Positions 7,358 to 16,603 of a stretch of DNA of 64,000 nt are shown in pieces. Numbering within the stretch: the stretch's first letter is position 1; each line of letters starts with the position of its first letter. The stretch lies in the IMG/VR virus record IMGVR_UViG_2854418831_000003, positions 15,958-79,957 of that record, one strand, 5' to 3'. Source of the DNA: a virus (taxonomy: Duplodnaviria > Caudoviricetes). The notes under the pieces are model-generated. The model was given only the letters and a program-made list of their open reading frames with translations. It did no database searches and was not told the origin of the DNA. The translations under genes were made by a program, and so were the position numbers.

Positions 7358-8824
7358 TTATACCCGTTTTACATAGTCCAGACTGATCCAGCCGGCTCCG
7401 GATTTCAGGCGGCCCCACTTGGTCGCTCCCTTTCCGTTCGCTTCCTCAACAATGGTATAGGTTCCTACTGGAATATGCTGTGTTTTGGCGTAGCCGGTTC
7501 CTGGGCCTGTCCGGATGTTCAGGTCCGTAATTTCAACGCGCACCTGGTACGGCCGGAATGCTGCCGCCGGATAAACCTGCTTGCCGTTCCAGTCGAACAC
7601 CTTATAACCTTTGTTCTGATCAGCGCACGCTTTGGCGTTGTCATAATTCTCAAAGGCTCCTTTCTGGCTTGCTGCATCCGTCCAGGTCTTGCGGACTCTG
7701 TAGTATTTCTTTGCAGTAGTTGGCTGCGTCGGCGTTGTCGGTGTAGCTGCTGCACCGCTTCCGATTTTTTTCTTGAAATCGCTCCATGCGCTCTCAGATC
7801 CGCTTGCGGAGTTCCATCCGTATACGCCAGGGCAATATTTGCCGTTTACATCAAAATGGCGGATAACCCTGGAAACGGGTACCCCGTACAGCTTCATGAG
7901 GTACTTAGTCAGCTCAATAGCGCTGTTGATCGTTGCCTGCTCAAAATACCAGTCTTTGCTGTTTGCGTTCTTGTTTCCTTTGTTTCTTACGCACATTTCA
8001 ATGGACACGCTGTTGGCATTTCTGGCCACGCCGTACAAGCTGCCGCCCTGGCTGGACTGTCTGCCGCCGCCTACAGCCCAACAGTAACGGGCTTTCGGGT
8101 TCGGGTTATACTGCCAGATTTCTCCCTCGAAACCGACGTAAAAATCAGCACTGGCCTGTGTCGTGCTGCGCTGATTATAATAGTCGATATTGTTCTTTGC
8201 GGTACCTGTTGCACCTACATAGTGGATAACAATGTACTCAATTCCTCCGCTGCGTGGGCTTGTGTTGTGTGTTCCGAAGTTCGGGTTCTGGTTAATTTTC
8301 AAGTTGCTCACTCCTCCCTTTGTTGCCTGGTCGTATTTCGTCAACTCATATTTGTTGATAATACTCAGGACTTTACTCACATACTTTGTATCTGTTGCAT
8401 ATCCGCCTGCCTTAATGATTCCGATAGCTTTCGCCGGATCCGTTTCTCCTTTCAGGCCCGCATAACGCTGTTTGCTGCCATTCATGGCGCCCAGTAAATA
8501 TGCGCTGTGGTCCGCCACACTGTCGGCAGCGCTCGCATATTTCCGGAAATCTGCTGTAATGGTGTATGCGTTTCCGTTCGCGTCCTCTTCTCCGGTCTGC
8601 TTCCGGTACTTGCTTACACCGTCCCAGGTGCTGCCTGGCCAGGTGTTCCCGGACAAACTGCATTTCATCCCGAAAAAGTTGTTGGCATTTCTGGCCAGCT
8701 CTGTGCTGCCGTAACCGGATTCCAGGACTGTCTGCGCCGTTGTTACTGAAGCCAGCACGCCACTTTTTGCCATGTCTGCCTGCGCCAGCGGTCCCATAAA
8801 GCTGATAAATTCCTGCTCTGTCAT
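7358..8824 (-). CDS. Endolysin: glucosaminidase + amidase_2 + SH3b-type binding domains
   Basis: AQTVLESGYG...NNFFGMK...GYATD (glucosaminidase), YIVIHYVG...SIEMC...RHFDVNGKYCP (Zn amidase), C-terminal LNIRTGPG...GWISL. Confidence 0.92.
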   Translation of the reverse strand: MTEQEFISFMGPLAQADMAKSGVLASVTTAQTVLESGYGSTELARNANNFFGMKCSLSGNTWPGSTWDGVSKYRKQTGEEDANGNAYTITADFRKYASAADSVADHSAYLLGAMNGSKQRYAGLKGETDPAKAIGIIKAGGYATDTKYVSKVLSIINKYELTKYDQATKGGVSNLKINQNPNFGTHNTSPRSGGIEYIVIHYVGATGTAKNNIDYYNQRSTTQASADFYVGFEGEIWQYNPNPKARYCWAVGGGRQSSQGGSLYGVARNANSVSIEMCVRNKGNKNANSKDWYFEQATINSAIELTKYLMKLYGVPVSRVIRHFDVNGKYCPGVYGWNSASGSESAWSDFKKKIGSGAAATPTTPTQPTTAKKYYRVRKTWTDAASQKGAFENYDNAKACADQNKGYKVFDWNGKQVYPAAAFRPYQVRVEITDLNIRTGPGTGYAKTQHIPVGTYTIVEEANGKGATKWGRLKSGAGWISLDYVKRV

Positions 8825-8853
8825 GTACGTCCCTCCCATAGGAAAAGGCGACC

Positions 8854-9180
8854 TTATCGGCCGCCCTGCGTGTTATTATCTGTTTTTTTCAACTGTGCAA
8901 TAGCCTGGATCACTTTATCGTACCCAACCATAGAAGCAAGCCAGGACAGCAGCACAAGTGCAATTAAATATACCGCCATCTTGTCGTTGATCTGCGTCTC
9001 CGTCAGAATCAGGTACCCGGCGCCTACTAGGGCGGACAGCACTACGGCCACGCCACCGGCCAGAAAATTAGAGTGGTACTTCACTCTCATTTCGTCCAGC
9101 AGCTTCTTAATGCCCTCGGTAAACAGTCCCGTGAAAATAGATACGATCATCAGTCCCAGTAAAAAAATTTCTAAAGTCAT
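8854..9180 (-). CDS. Holin-like membrane protein
   Basis: 108 aa with 3 hydrophobic segments, directly upstream of the endolysin. Confidence 0.7.
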   Translation of the reverse strand: MTLEIFLLGLMIVSIFTGLFTEGIKKLLDEMRVKYHSNFLAGGVAVVLSALVGAGYLILTETQINDKMAVYLIALVLLSWLASMVGYDKVIQAIAQLKKTDNNTQGGR

Positions 9181-9190
9181 GCTTTTCTCC

Positions 9191-9601
9191 TTATCCGATA
9201 CCCTCTCCGGTATCTGTGTTATTTTCCGGCTCAAAGTCGGCCGGATCGTCAGTTTCTGCCTGTCTTATGTTCATGTCGTACACAATGCCGCCCTTGGTGT
9301 TCTCTTTTGCGGATTTCTGCGCATACGCCCAAAACACCCCAAACATGGCCGCCGGTACGCCGATCAGTGCGTACAGTGCCGACAAGTCGAAGCGCATCCA
9401 CATAACAATTTCTGCATAGATCACTATCTCAATGCAAAGACCGTATATAACCGCCATCATAGCCTTGCCCCAGGCCGGTTTCTTCCTGGTGCGTCTCAGT
9501 CCCAGCTCGCGCTCTCGGTCGCGTACCTGCTGCCTCAGCTGCTGCTCCTCTGCTATCTGATCCAGCTCTTTCATGCGCTTCTCATATTTAATTTTGTTCA
9601 T
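9191..9601 (-). CDS. Lysis-cassette membrane protein
   Basis: Two hydrophobic segments after a basic N-terminus. Confidence 0.65.
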   Translation of the reverse strand: MNKIKYEKRMKELDQIAEEQQLRQQVRDRERELGLRRTRKKPAWGKAMMAVIYGLCIEIVIYAEIVMWMRFDLSALYALIGVPAAMFGVFWAYAQKSAKENTKGGIVYDMNIRQAETDDPADFEPENNTDTGEGIG

Positions 9602-9611
9602 TGGTACCGCC

Positions 9612-10166
9612 TCACTTTCTGCTACCCATCAGCTCTGCGATTTTCGCATCTTCGTGCATTGGAATTACTTCCAGTGCCCTCATTTCAGGTTGTACAGTCG
9701 TGTGCATGTGCCCGTCGCCGTTGGCGTTCTCATACTCTTTAAACATGGACCAAAATGCGTCTGCCTCCATTTCGCTCCATGCCTGCATGGGGTTCTTGTC
9801 CGGGTTCGTAAAATACCGGTGCGATTGTAATAGTCTGTCACGGAGCTTGCTGCGTTCTCGACTGGTGTTCTCTTTTTCGATTTTGTCCAGCTTTTCCTGC
9901 TGCTTTTCCATGCCCTCTTTCAACTCTGCAATACTGGTATTAAATTGCTGCTGGATTTCAAGGCTTTGCTGGTGCCATGTTGGATACATGTTTACCTGAT
10001 CCATTACTTTCTTAAACTGCTCATTTTTTTCCTTTTCATGGATCGCCTTATCAGAAAAATACTTTTCCACTTTCCGGTAACACAACCCCAGGAATACAAG
10101 CGCCGCAATTACGGTTATGGCCCAGCCTATGCTATAATCTCCTAGCAATTTGATTAAATAGTCCAT
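9612..10166 (-). CDS. Membrane-anchored coiled-coil protein
   Basis: N-terminal transmembrane segment and coiled coil; 184 aa. Confidence 0.65.
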   Translation of the reverse strand: MDYLIKLLGDYSIGWAITVIAALVFLGLCYRKVEKYFSDKAIHEKEKNEQFKKVMDQVNMYPTWHQQSLEIQQQFNTSIAELKEGMEKQQEKLDKIEKENTSRERSKLRDRLLQSHRYFTNPDKNPMQAWSEMEADAFWSMFKEYENANGDGHMHTTVQPEMRALEVIPMHEDAKIAELMGSRK

Positions 10167-10200
10167 TTTTTCGTATTCCTTTCTGCTCCATTTTCTGCAA

Positions 10201-10243
10201 AATAAAAGAACCGGCCAGGGCCAGCTCTGCGGTCAATTCTTTT
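10201..10243 (-). terminator. Intrinsic terminator downstream of the DGR RT
   Basis: AAAAGAA...TTCTTTT stem-loop with T-rich tail. Confidence 0.45.
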
Positions 10244-10251
10244 CACGGGTT

Positions 10252-10422
10252 TCATTCTTCTATGCCTCTCTGCAGGTCTGCCGCCTGCTGCATCATTGCC
10301 AGTTCTTCCTCTTCGATCATACCGTGCTGCAATAACGTGGCCGCCAGGCGGTCAATAACATTCCTTTGCAGCTGTATAATTTCCGACTGGGTTTCCAGTA
10401 CCTCAGCAATACACTGTTTCAT
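10252..10422 (-). CDS. Small helical protein overlapping the RT 3' end
   Basis: 56 aa MKQCIAEVLETQSEIIQLQ...; AGGAG SD; below the ORF-track cutoff. Confidence 0.5.
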   Translation of the reverse strand: MKQCIAEVLETQSEIIQLQRNVIDRLAATLLQHGMIEEEELAMMQQAADLQRGIEE

Positions 10423-11560
10423 AGTCAAGTGCTCCTGTTTCTCCTATTTCCATCACGTTTATGATCTGCTCCTCTCCGTTATCATCCGCATGGGTCAATA
10501 CAAATTCGTCCAGCAATTTTTCCTTAAATTTCTTACAATCCACATGGCTCAGCATGGCCAGGTAGCTCTGCATGGTTGCGTTTGCTTCTTTGAATGTGAT
10601 CAGGTTGTCATGGTAGTCCTGGCGCGTTTTCCGGAGCGTTCTCTTCATCCGAAGTGTTGTGCTCTTTCTCAGGATCACATGGTCGTTATAAATCACATAG
10701 CCCACAAACTCGCACCCAACCCGCACCGGCCGGAGTGCTGTCTTGTTGTTGAAATTTAAGTGCAGCCGCTCCTCTAAAAACTGTGTCATTCTTCTGCCGT
10801 ATTCTTTCAGGCGTTCCTTGTCATTGTCTAGGATTATAATGTCGTCCATGTACCGGATATACCGTTTTATTCCCAGTACCCTCTTACAAAACTGGTCAAG
10901 TGGATCCAGATACATGTTCCCCAGCATATGGGACAGGCCGCCGCCGATAGGTATTCCTAAATCATACAGCATTTGCTCCTCGGTAATTGTCAGCTGGTTT
11001 GCATCCAGTGGCATACCAAACGGAACCGCATCATTGTTTATGTAATACCCTAACAAGTCAACGGTTCGCGGATCATCTATCTTTTTCCTGCAAATATCCA
11101 TAAGTATTTCATGGTCAATGCGGTAAAAGAATTTTGCAACATCAAACTTGTAATAATACCATTCAGTTCCGGACGTCCTGGTTTCTCGCATCCAGGTATA
11201 AAGCTGTTCCATGGCTGCCAGCTGCCCGCGTCCCTTTACGCACGCATAGGTATGTTCTATGAACGTCCGGCATATTTTAGGATTCAGCACGTCATATATT
11301 GCCCGCTGCACCACTTTGGACCAGTAGTCAATAAATATAACTTTCCGCACCTTTGGCACGTATACATAAAAGCTGTGATATTCGACTTTTGGTACCTTTC
11401 CAGCCCTCAACAGAGTGCTTATTTCTTCCAGGTTTCCCTCTCTATTGTCGTAAAATCTCAGCCTCTCCGTGTTCTCCCTTTTGCCCTTTGATACGTGGGT
11501 ATCTGCGACCATTAGTGTGTGAAATGAGGTTATTTCATAATATACGTTTCTAATTGTCAT
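10403..11560 (-). CDS. DGR reverse transcriptase
   Basis: YYYKFDVAKFF, GIPIG, YIRYMDD, EFVGY motifs; adjacent to TR and avd. Confidence 0.95.
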   Translation of the reverse strand: MTIRNVYYEITSFHTLMVADTHVSKGKRENTERLRFYDNREGNLEEISTLLRAGKVPKVEYHSFYVYVPKVRKVIFIDYWSKVVQRAIYDVLNPKICRTFIEHTYACVKGRGQLAAMEQLYTWMRETRTSGTEWYYYKFDVAKFFYRIDHEILMDICRKKIDDPRTVDLLGYYINNDAVPFGMPLDANQLTITEEQMLYDLGIPIGGGLSHMLGNMYLDPLDQFCKRVLGIKRYIRYMDDIIILDNDKERLKEYGRRMTQFLEERLHLNFNNKTALRPVRVGCEFVGYVIYNDHVILRKSTTLRMKRTLRKTRQDYHDNLITFKEANATMQSYLAMLSHVDCKKFKEKLLDEFVLTHADDNGEEQIINVMEIGETGALDYETVYC

Positions 11561-11777
11561 ATTTTTTTACAGTGGTGCAGGTTTCGCTGTATTCTACTTC
11601 CGGATGGGCCAGCGGCTCCGCTTTCGCAAAACATAACCCACGCACAAGGGACTCCCCTTGGTGCCATCACTGCTGTTTTCCTTTTTCGCTCATTGTAAAG
11701 CGCGGGGACGAGATCCTTTATCCCCCTGCACTGCCAGGGCGTCCGTGGGCGCTCCTGTATCTGGCGTATGGGGGTAG

Positions 11778-11896
11778 AGCGGAGCGCCAGCCGATGTTCA
11801 CGTTCACGTTGCCGCGGTTCGTCCAGTTGCCGTTACTGTAACCGACACCCGCGTTCGTGCCGTTGCCATAGTTGCCACCGGAGTTGAACAAGCGCT
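11778..11896 (-). repeat. DGR template repeat (TR), 119 bp
   Basis: Matches 12373-12491 at 107/119 positions; contains 10 AAC codons in the target frame. Confidence 0.96.
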
Positions 11897-11917
11897 ATAT
11901 CCCATTCCCTACGTTAT

Positions 11918-12289
11918 TTATTTTTTAACGCTCGCCATCCATCCGCCGAGCATTCTTCCTATCTCATTTACCTTTTCGCTCCATTGCTTATATTTCTTGA
12001 AATCTATATATTTCAACCTGTATGAAAGACGAACGTATTTTCTCAGCTTGTCAATTTCCACATCCAGCTCCTGCAAAGTAGTTTTCTTGTAATACTTTTT
12101 ATTTGCTTCAATGGTTCTTTCCATTGCCTGGTCCATACATCGCTTTATGTCTGCCGCTAAAACAAATCTTTCATACTTTGGATACGCATTTAGTACCGGA
12201 TAGGCGTATAACATCATATCTTCAATTTTTCCTAAAATCAGGAGGGGATCTCTGTCCCCATCCTGATTTTCAATCTGTACCTCTTCCAT
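11918..12289 (-). CDS. avd: DGR accessory variability determinant
   Basis: 123 aa four-helix-bundle pattern YPK.ERF.L...I...LQELDVEI..LR...NEIGRMLGGW. Confidence 0.92.
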   Translation of the reverse strand: MEEVQIENQDGDRDPLLILGKIEDMMLYAYPVLNAYPKYERFVLAADIKRCMDQAMERTIEANKKYYKKTTLQELDVEIDKLRKYVRLSYRLKYIDFKKYKQWSEKVNEIGRMLGGWMASVKK

Positions 12290-12342
12290 GTTCCTCCTGC
12301 ATCTAGTTGGCCTTATCGGTCCGCTATCGCGTCCCTATCAGA

Positions 12343-13443
12343 TTACAGGCCAACAGATTCCAGATCCACATAAGCGGAGCGCCAGCCGATGACCACGCTC
12401 ACGCTGCCGCGGACCGACCAGATGCCGGTACTGTAACCGACACCCGCGTCCGCGCCGTTGCCATAGTTGCCACCGGAGTAGAACAAGCGCTCGTCTGCAA
12501 CGTTATTGAACCACAATCTGTCGTCGTCATAATCAGACGCTTTTGCTCCGTCTACCGGCAGTAAGCCGTATGCTCTCAGCACTGCCTTTGCAGCGTCGGA
12601 AATGTCTGCGGAACAAGTTAAAGCTCCCAGCGCGCAACTAAAGTTCTCAGAGGTCTTTGTAATGGTTTTACACCACTGGGCGCCGCCAGTTCCTGTTGCG
12701 TCAATCTTAATACTGTTCGCGGTTGTTCCGTTTCCATCCGGAGTAATAAATGCACCGGTGGTTGCGTCAATGGCTTTCCATGCGGTACTTGTCGCTGTCT
12801 GCGGGTTGTCGCTGTTGGCGCCGTTATTGTTTTCAAGTAACTGCAGCTCTCCTTTTACGGTGCGGAGCGCTCCGGTCCACTCAGAAACATTTCCGTTCAG
12901 GTCCCAAATTCCATCAGGCTGTTTATTGTGTGACCAGGTCAGCGGGCCGGTACCGGTTAAAACATGGTAAATTTTTCCTGCATCTGTTCCGCTTCCATAG
13001 GTCGCCGGAATAGCCTGCTGCAGCGTCTCTCTGCTGTCCTTGCCATAGTTATTGTTTCCCCATGGCTGGAAGCCGTTCTTTTTACACCAGAGCATAATTG
13101 CGGCCCACTCTGCCTTAGTCATCATGTGCCAGCCTTTTCCCTTAGATTCACAATATCCTCTGGCAGTGTCCCAGGTAATATTTACAGTCGGATCCTGGCC
13201 AGGCAGGGAGTACGCACGGCCATTATTTACAATGTTCTGGTATTTACTGATCCAGATTCCCGGTACCTCTTTACCATTCACGATAAAGGCTGGGTGTGTG
13301 CTGTCTCCGGCGCCGTCGATCACGTCGCTCATTTTGAACTTAGGCACGTAAACCATAACGGACGGGATTCCCTTGTCGTCATAAATCAGCTTGTTATTAG
13401 GTGCTACCATTTTCAGGGCAAATTCTGCTAAATCGTACTGCAT
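12343..13443 (-). CDS. DGR target: C-type-lectin/FGE-fold putative receptor-binding protein
   Basis: HMMTKAEWAAI, GIWDLNGNVSEW motifs; C-terminus is the VR ending GWRSA; sits at the distal end of the tail module. Confidence 0.9.
   Translation of the reverse strand: MQYDLAEFALKMVAPNNKLIYDDKGIPSVMVYVPKFKMSDVIDGAGDSTHPAFIVNGKEVPGIWISKYQNIVNNGRAYSLPGQDPTVNITWDTARGYCESKGKGWHMMTKAEWAAIMLWCKKNGFQPWGNNNYGKDSRETLQQAIPATYGSGTDAGKIYHVLTGTGPLTWSHNKQPDGIWDLNGNVSEWTGALRTVKGELQLLENNNGANSDNPQTATSTAWKAIDATTGAFITPDGNGTTANSIKIDATGTGGAQWCKTITKTSENFSCALGALTCSADISDAAKAVLRAYGLLPVDGAKASDYDDDRLWFNNVADERLFYSGGNYGNGADAGVGYSTGIWSVRGSVSVVIGWRSAYVDLESVGL
12373..12491 (-). repeat. DGR variable repeat (VR), 119 bp
   Basis: 12 differences from TR, all at TR adenines (6 A>G, 5 A>T, 1 A>C); diverges from TR after GGCTGGCGCTCCGCT (IMH/IMH*). 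Confidence 0.96.
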
Positions 13444-13446
13444 ACC

Positions 13447-13812
13447 TTATTCCTCCTCTTCATCATCAGCGGCAACCGGATTTTCCAGTCCCCACAATGT
13501 CACTGTAACCTGGCTCATGTCCAGCGGTTTTGCCACCGGGGCTGTGCCGCCCTCTTCCTGGCCCTCTGCTGCCGGTTGCTGTTCCTCGTATTCCTTTGCC
13601 GGGATATCAACCTCAGCGACATAAAAAAGGCCGTCGCCGGTTCCCATGGTCAGGTCTCTGTCTGCGTCCATACAGATATCTTTGTGCACTGGCCAGTCTT
13701 TCTGGTACTTGTTGCACTTAATTGTCAGCATGTCGTCAAAGCACAAATTGTAGCCTTTTTCTGTGTACGGGATTTTCTCCCCCGCGTTCTTTTCAATAAC
13801 CTTTACGCTCAT
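13447..13812 (-). CDS. Tail-region hypothetical protein
   Basis: 121 aa, coupled to its neighbours. Confidence 0.7.
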   Translation of the reverse strand: MSVKVIEKNAGEKIPYTEKGYNLCFDDMLTIKCNKYQKDWPVHKDICMDADRDLTMGTGDGLFYVAEVDIPAKEYEEQQPAAEGQEEGGTAPVAKPLDMSQVTVTLWGLENPVAADDEEEE

Positions 13813-14348
13813 GCGTACATACCTCCTCTAACTTTGTATTTAACCTTTACAGTCTTAGCACTTCCCTCAAATTTCAGTTTGAAACCGTTCAGCTGCTTGT
13901 CATATACGATCACATCCCCAACCTGGCCGCCTGCTACTTCCACGACCTCAATATCAAGGTCATAGTTCATAGTTTTGCGGACCGTCTTTAATGCAATCGT
14001 GCTGCCGCTGTTATTAAAGCCGAAAAATACCTTGTTGGTATTGTTCAGGGTAACGGTTCCGGTCTCTGCCGAAAACTCAGCGTCGTGGTGATCCAGCCGC
14101 TCGTCAACCTCCTTTTCTCGTGCCTCAACATAGTGCATTTGATACTGCATAAAAATTGCAGCGGCCACATGGGCGTCATGGATTCCGTTTTCCATGTGGT
14201 TGAAATTGGTTGCGCTCTGCGGGGTTCCCTGCTGCATCACGGTACCTGGGGACGGCTCATGTTCTACTGTGCCGTCAGAGTTCTGCGTCTCTTTGTACCG
14301 GTATGGGTACTGGACAACCTCGTCTTTCCATGGTGTCATACCATACAT
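13809..14348 (-). CDS. Tail/baseplate-associated protein
   Basis: 179 aa; QGTPQSATNFNHMENGI motif typical of tail-fibre attachment domains. Confidence 0.7.
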   Translation of the reverse strand: MYGMTPWKDEVVQYPYRYKETQNSDGTVEHEPSPGTVMQQGTPQSATNFNHMENGIHDAHVAAAIFMQYQMHYVEAREKEVDERLDHHDAEFSAETGTVTLNNTNKVFFGFNNSGSTIALKTVRKTMNYDLDIEVVEVAGGQVGDVIVYDKQLNGFKLKFEGSAKTVKVKYKVRGGMYA

Positions 14349-14366
14349 AGGTCTTTGCCTCCTCTC

Positions 14367-14672
14367 TTATACCTCTGTAATTTCAATAGTAAAGCGGTAA
14401 AACACACCCTCTTGCGTGCTCTTTCGGGTAATGTTCTCCGTTTTTGTCAGCCACAACTTGCCGCTGCGGTTGTACAGCTGCACCTCTGCGATTTTTACGG
14501 TGCCGCTCATGGTGGGATCTATTGTAAAATCAATAGCCACCTTGCCCGTGCTGTCCACGTAAATGTCTGTAATTTCCGCCCTGTAATAGCTGCTGTTAAT
14601 CTTATACATGGCGTGGGAAACTGTCTTTTTTACATGGTCCTTAAAGCCGTTCATGGCGTCTGCTGTCAGCAT
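14367..14672 (-). CDS. Baseplate-associated protein
   Basis: 101 aa from MLTADA, AGGAGG SD. Confidence 0.65.
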   Translation of the reverse strand: MLTADAMNGFKDHVKKTVSHAMYKINSSYYRAEITDIYVDSTGKVAIDFTIDPTMSGTVKIAEVQLYNRSGKLWLTKTENITRKSTQEGVFYRFTIEITEV

Positions 14673-14686
14673 GTGCTCCTCCTTTC

Positions 14687-15466
14687 TTAGAGCCGTGTAG
14701 CTCCGCAAATTTTATACACAATACCGGCGGATTCTCCGGTAATGCGAGCATTTACTCCTGGGGCGGTCATTTCTCCGATTGTGCTTACATCCGGATAAGT
14801 TCCTGCCCGTTTCTCTTCTCCTGGCGTCGGGTATGTGAACGCCTGGCCTGTTGCTTGTGGTGCAACGTCAACCTCTAAAGGCTGCAGTGCTCCTGGCCGG
14901 TTCACATCTGGCCGGGTTCCGGCTATAATATGCCGGAAAGAAAAATTCATACCCGCGGGCCGCACTTGCAGGCGAACAGGTGTTTCAAAGACAATCCTCA
15001 CGTGCTTCTGGGACTGCTTAACCTTGTAAATTTCTTCTGCAACAGCGGCCAGGTCAACGTTGCTGCTGCCCGGCCGGATAATGACTTCGTATGTGTGCGG
15101 TGCTACGTTTTCATAGATTTCAACCTCCCGCCCGGAAATTTCTGCAACCAGGCCTGCAATACGATACGGGTTCATAGGGCGTTTTGTGTTGCGTTTCTGC
15201 ACAATCGGACGCCGCCTTTCTTCCAGGCTCTTGCCCTCGTTTCCTGTGATTCCGTAACGTTCTTCCCACCAGGGGAGTGACCAGGTTGCTGTTTCCGGAA
15301 ATGCCTGGTTTTTCATATCTTCCACTGTCTCGCGTGCAAGTTCCATGGATGCCGCCATGACCTGGAAAATCCATTTACCAACATAGGAGCGGTCATAGAT
15401 CGGGCTTATCATGCTCAGCATGTCTTTTGCAGTTTCCCTTGTAGGGAAGTTTTCCAGATCCATCAC
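14687..15466 (-). CDS. Baseplate wedge protein (DUF2313/YmfQ-like)
   Basis: FPETATWSLPWWEERYGI motif, directly after the baseplate J gene. Confidence 0.78.
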   Translation of the reverse strand: MMDLENFPTRETAKDMLSMISPIYDRSYVGKWIFQVMAASMELARETVEDMKNQAFPETATWSLPWWEERYGITGNEGKSLEERRRPIVQKRNTKRPMNPYRIAGLVAEISGREVEIYENVAPHTYEVIIRPGSSNVDLAAVAEEIYKVKQSQKHVRIVFETPVRLQVRPAGMNFSFRHIIAGTRPDVNRPGALQPLEVDVAPQATGQAFTYPTPGEEKRAGTYPDVSTIGEMTAPGVNARITGESAGIVYKICGATRL

Positions 15467-16599
15467 TCAGCCCCCTTTGCTTCAACATTTTCTGTATACG
15501 GATATTCGTCGTTTTCAATGCGAATATTGTCCGTGCTGCCATTGATCAGCAGGTCTGTAAAGTCCTCGACGCCTGGCGTTCCGGTCAGCAGCGCGTGCAC
15601 TTTTATGTACTTCACTGCTCCCTCATCCGCCACGATTTTATAATAGCTTTCCAGCTGCTTTTTAAATCCGGATATAACGGTGCTCAGTTCAAACCCATCT
15701 GCCACCGTAACCGTAAAGGAATACGATATGTTTACCAGGTCCGGCGCTGCTACCGTCAGGATTGTGTTTGGCGGCGCCAGTCGGTCTGCGGGGTTGTCTG
15801 GAGCCATAATATAATTGTAAACTGCATCCAGCAGGGTCTTGTTCGCACCCTCGCCGTTCTGGTCGAGGCATACAATTTTTACTGTTTCCGGCCCGTTCCA
15901 TTCCGGGATAACAATCGCGTCCCCGATTCCGTCTACTGCCTTAGCCCACCGTTTATAATCGGCATTGTTGCCTATATAACTGGTTTCCTCCGAGGCGTCT
16001 GCTTCCAGGATTCTTTCTCTTAAATCGTCGTCACTTTCTTCCTCGGTTCCTCCGGTGGCTTTTTCTTTGTTCGTAACCGTCTGGATTCCCTCAACTGGTT
16101 CCGACATTAAAACAATAGCGCCGGCATTTACGTTTGATTGCTTTCCGTCAAGTAACGCACGCACCAGCACGGTACCTTTTCCCTCTTCGTTCAATATGCA
16201 GCTTTCAACTGCCGCAAATTCAATGGACGGCTGATCGTTCTTGGCTTCTGTCGCAAAAACAGTGCCGCCCGGTACTATGGTGCCCGGTTCGCCTGTCAGC
16301 GTCAGCACTGCTTCTGCATAAGTGGACGCTTTTCTCTTTGTCTGTGACCCAGCTGCCAGGTAGTCCAAAAAGCTGCCACTGCTCCACTGTGGGAACATCA
16401 GTTTTATTGCTTCCGGAATATAAAACTGCAATAGCTCTGCTGCGATCAGTGCTGTGGGCCTTGTAAAATCCCACGGGAAGCCGCCCTCAGTCTTGTCAAT
16501 GTCATTCGGAAGCTCGTCCATCATTCTTGCGTGGATCGTGTCCGCGTCACAATCCTCCAAAAATTCAGGTACAATAAAATCACTTGCCAACTCTCTCAC
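15463..16599 (-). CDS. Baseplate J/gp47 family protein
   Basis: GTEEESDDDLRERI, DYKRWAKAVDGIG, PEWNGPETVK motifs. Confidence 0.9.
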   Translation of the reverse strand: MRELASDFIVPEFLEDCDADTIHARMMDELPNDIDKTEGGFPWDFTRPTALIAAELLQFYIPEAIKLMFPQWSSGSFLDYLAAGSQTKRKASTYAEAVLTLTGEPGTIVPGGTVFATEAKNDQPSIEFAAVESCILNEEGKGTVLVRALLDGKQSNVNAGAIVLMSEPVEGIQTVTNKEKATGGTEEESDDDLRERILEADASEETSYIGNNADYKRWAKAVDGIGDAIVIPEWNGPETVKIVCLDQNGEGANKTLLDAVYNYIMAPDNPADRLAPPNTILTVAAPDLVNISYSFTVTVADGFELSTVISGFKKQLESYYKIVADEGAVKYIKVHALLTGTPGVEDFTDLLINGSTDNIRIENDEYPYTENVEAKGAE

Positions 16600-16603
16600 C
16601 TCC

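Larger units (their letters stand above)
10403..13443 (-). mobile_element. Diversity-generating retroelement cassette: target(VR)-avd-TR-RT
   Basis: All four components present; TR and VR differ only at adenines. Confidence 0.97.

Noticed and set aside
10403-11560. RT as a group II intron, retron or Abi RT
   Set aside because: The adjacent avd and the adenine-specific TR/VR pair identify it as a DGR RT.
12301-12342. GNRA-loop hairpin downstream of the VR (CGC-GATA-GCG)
   Set aside because: The stem is only 3 bp plus mismatched extensions, too weak to call the DGR homing hairpin confidently.
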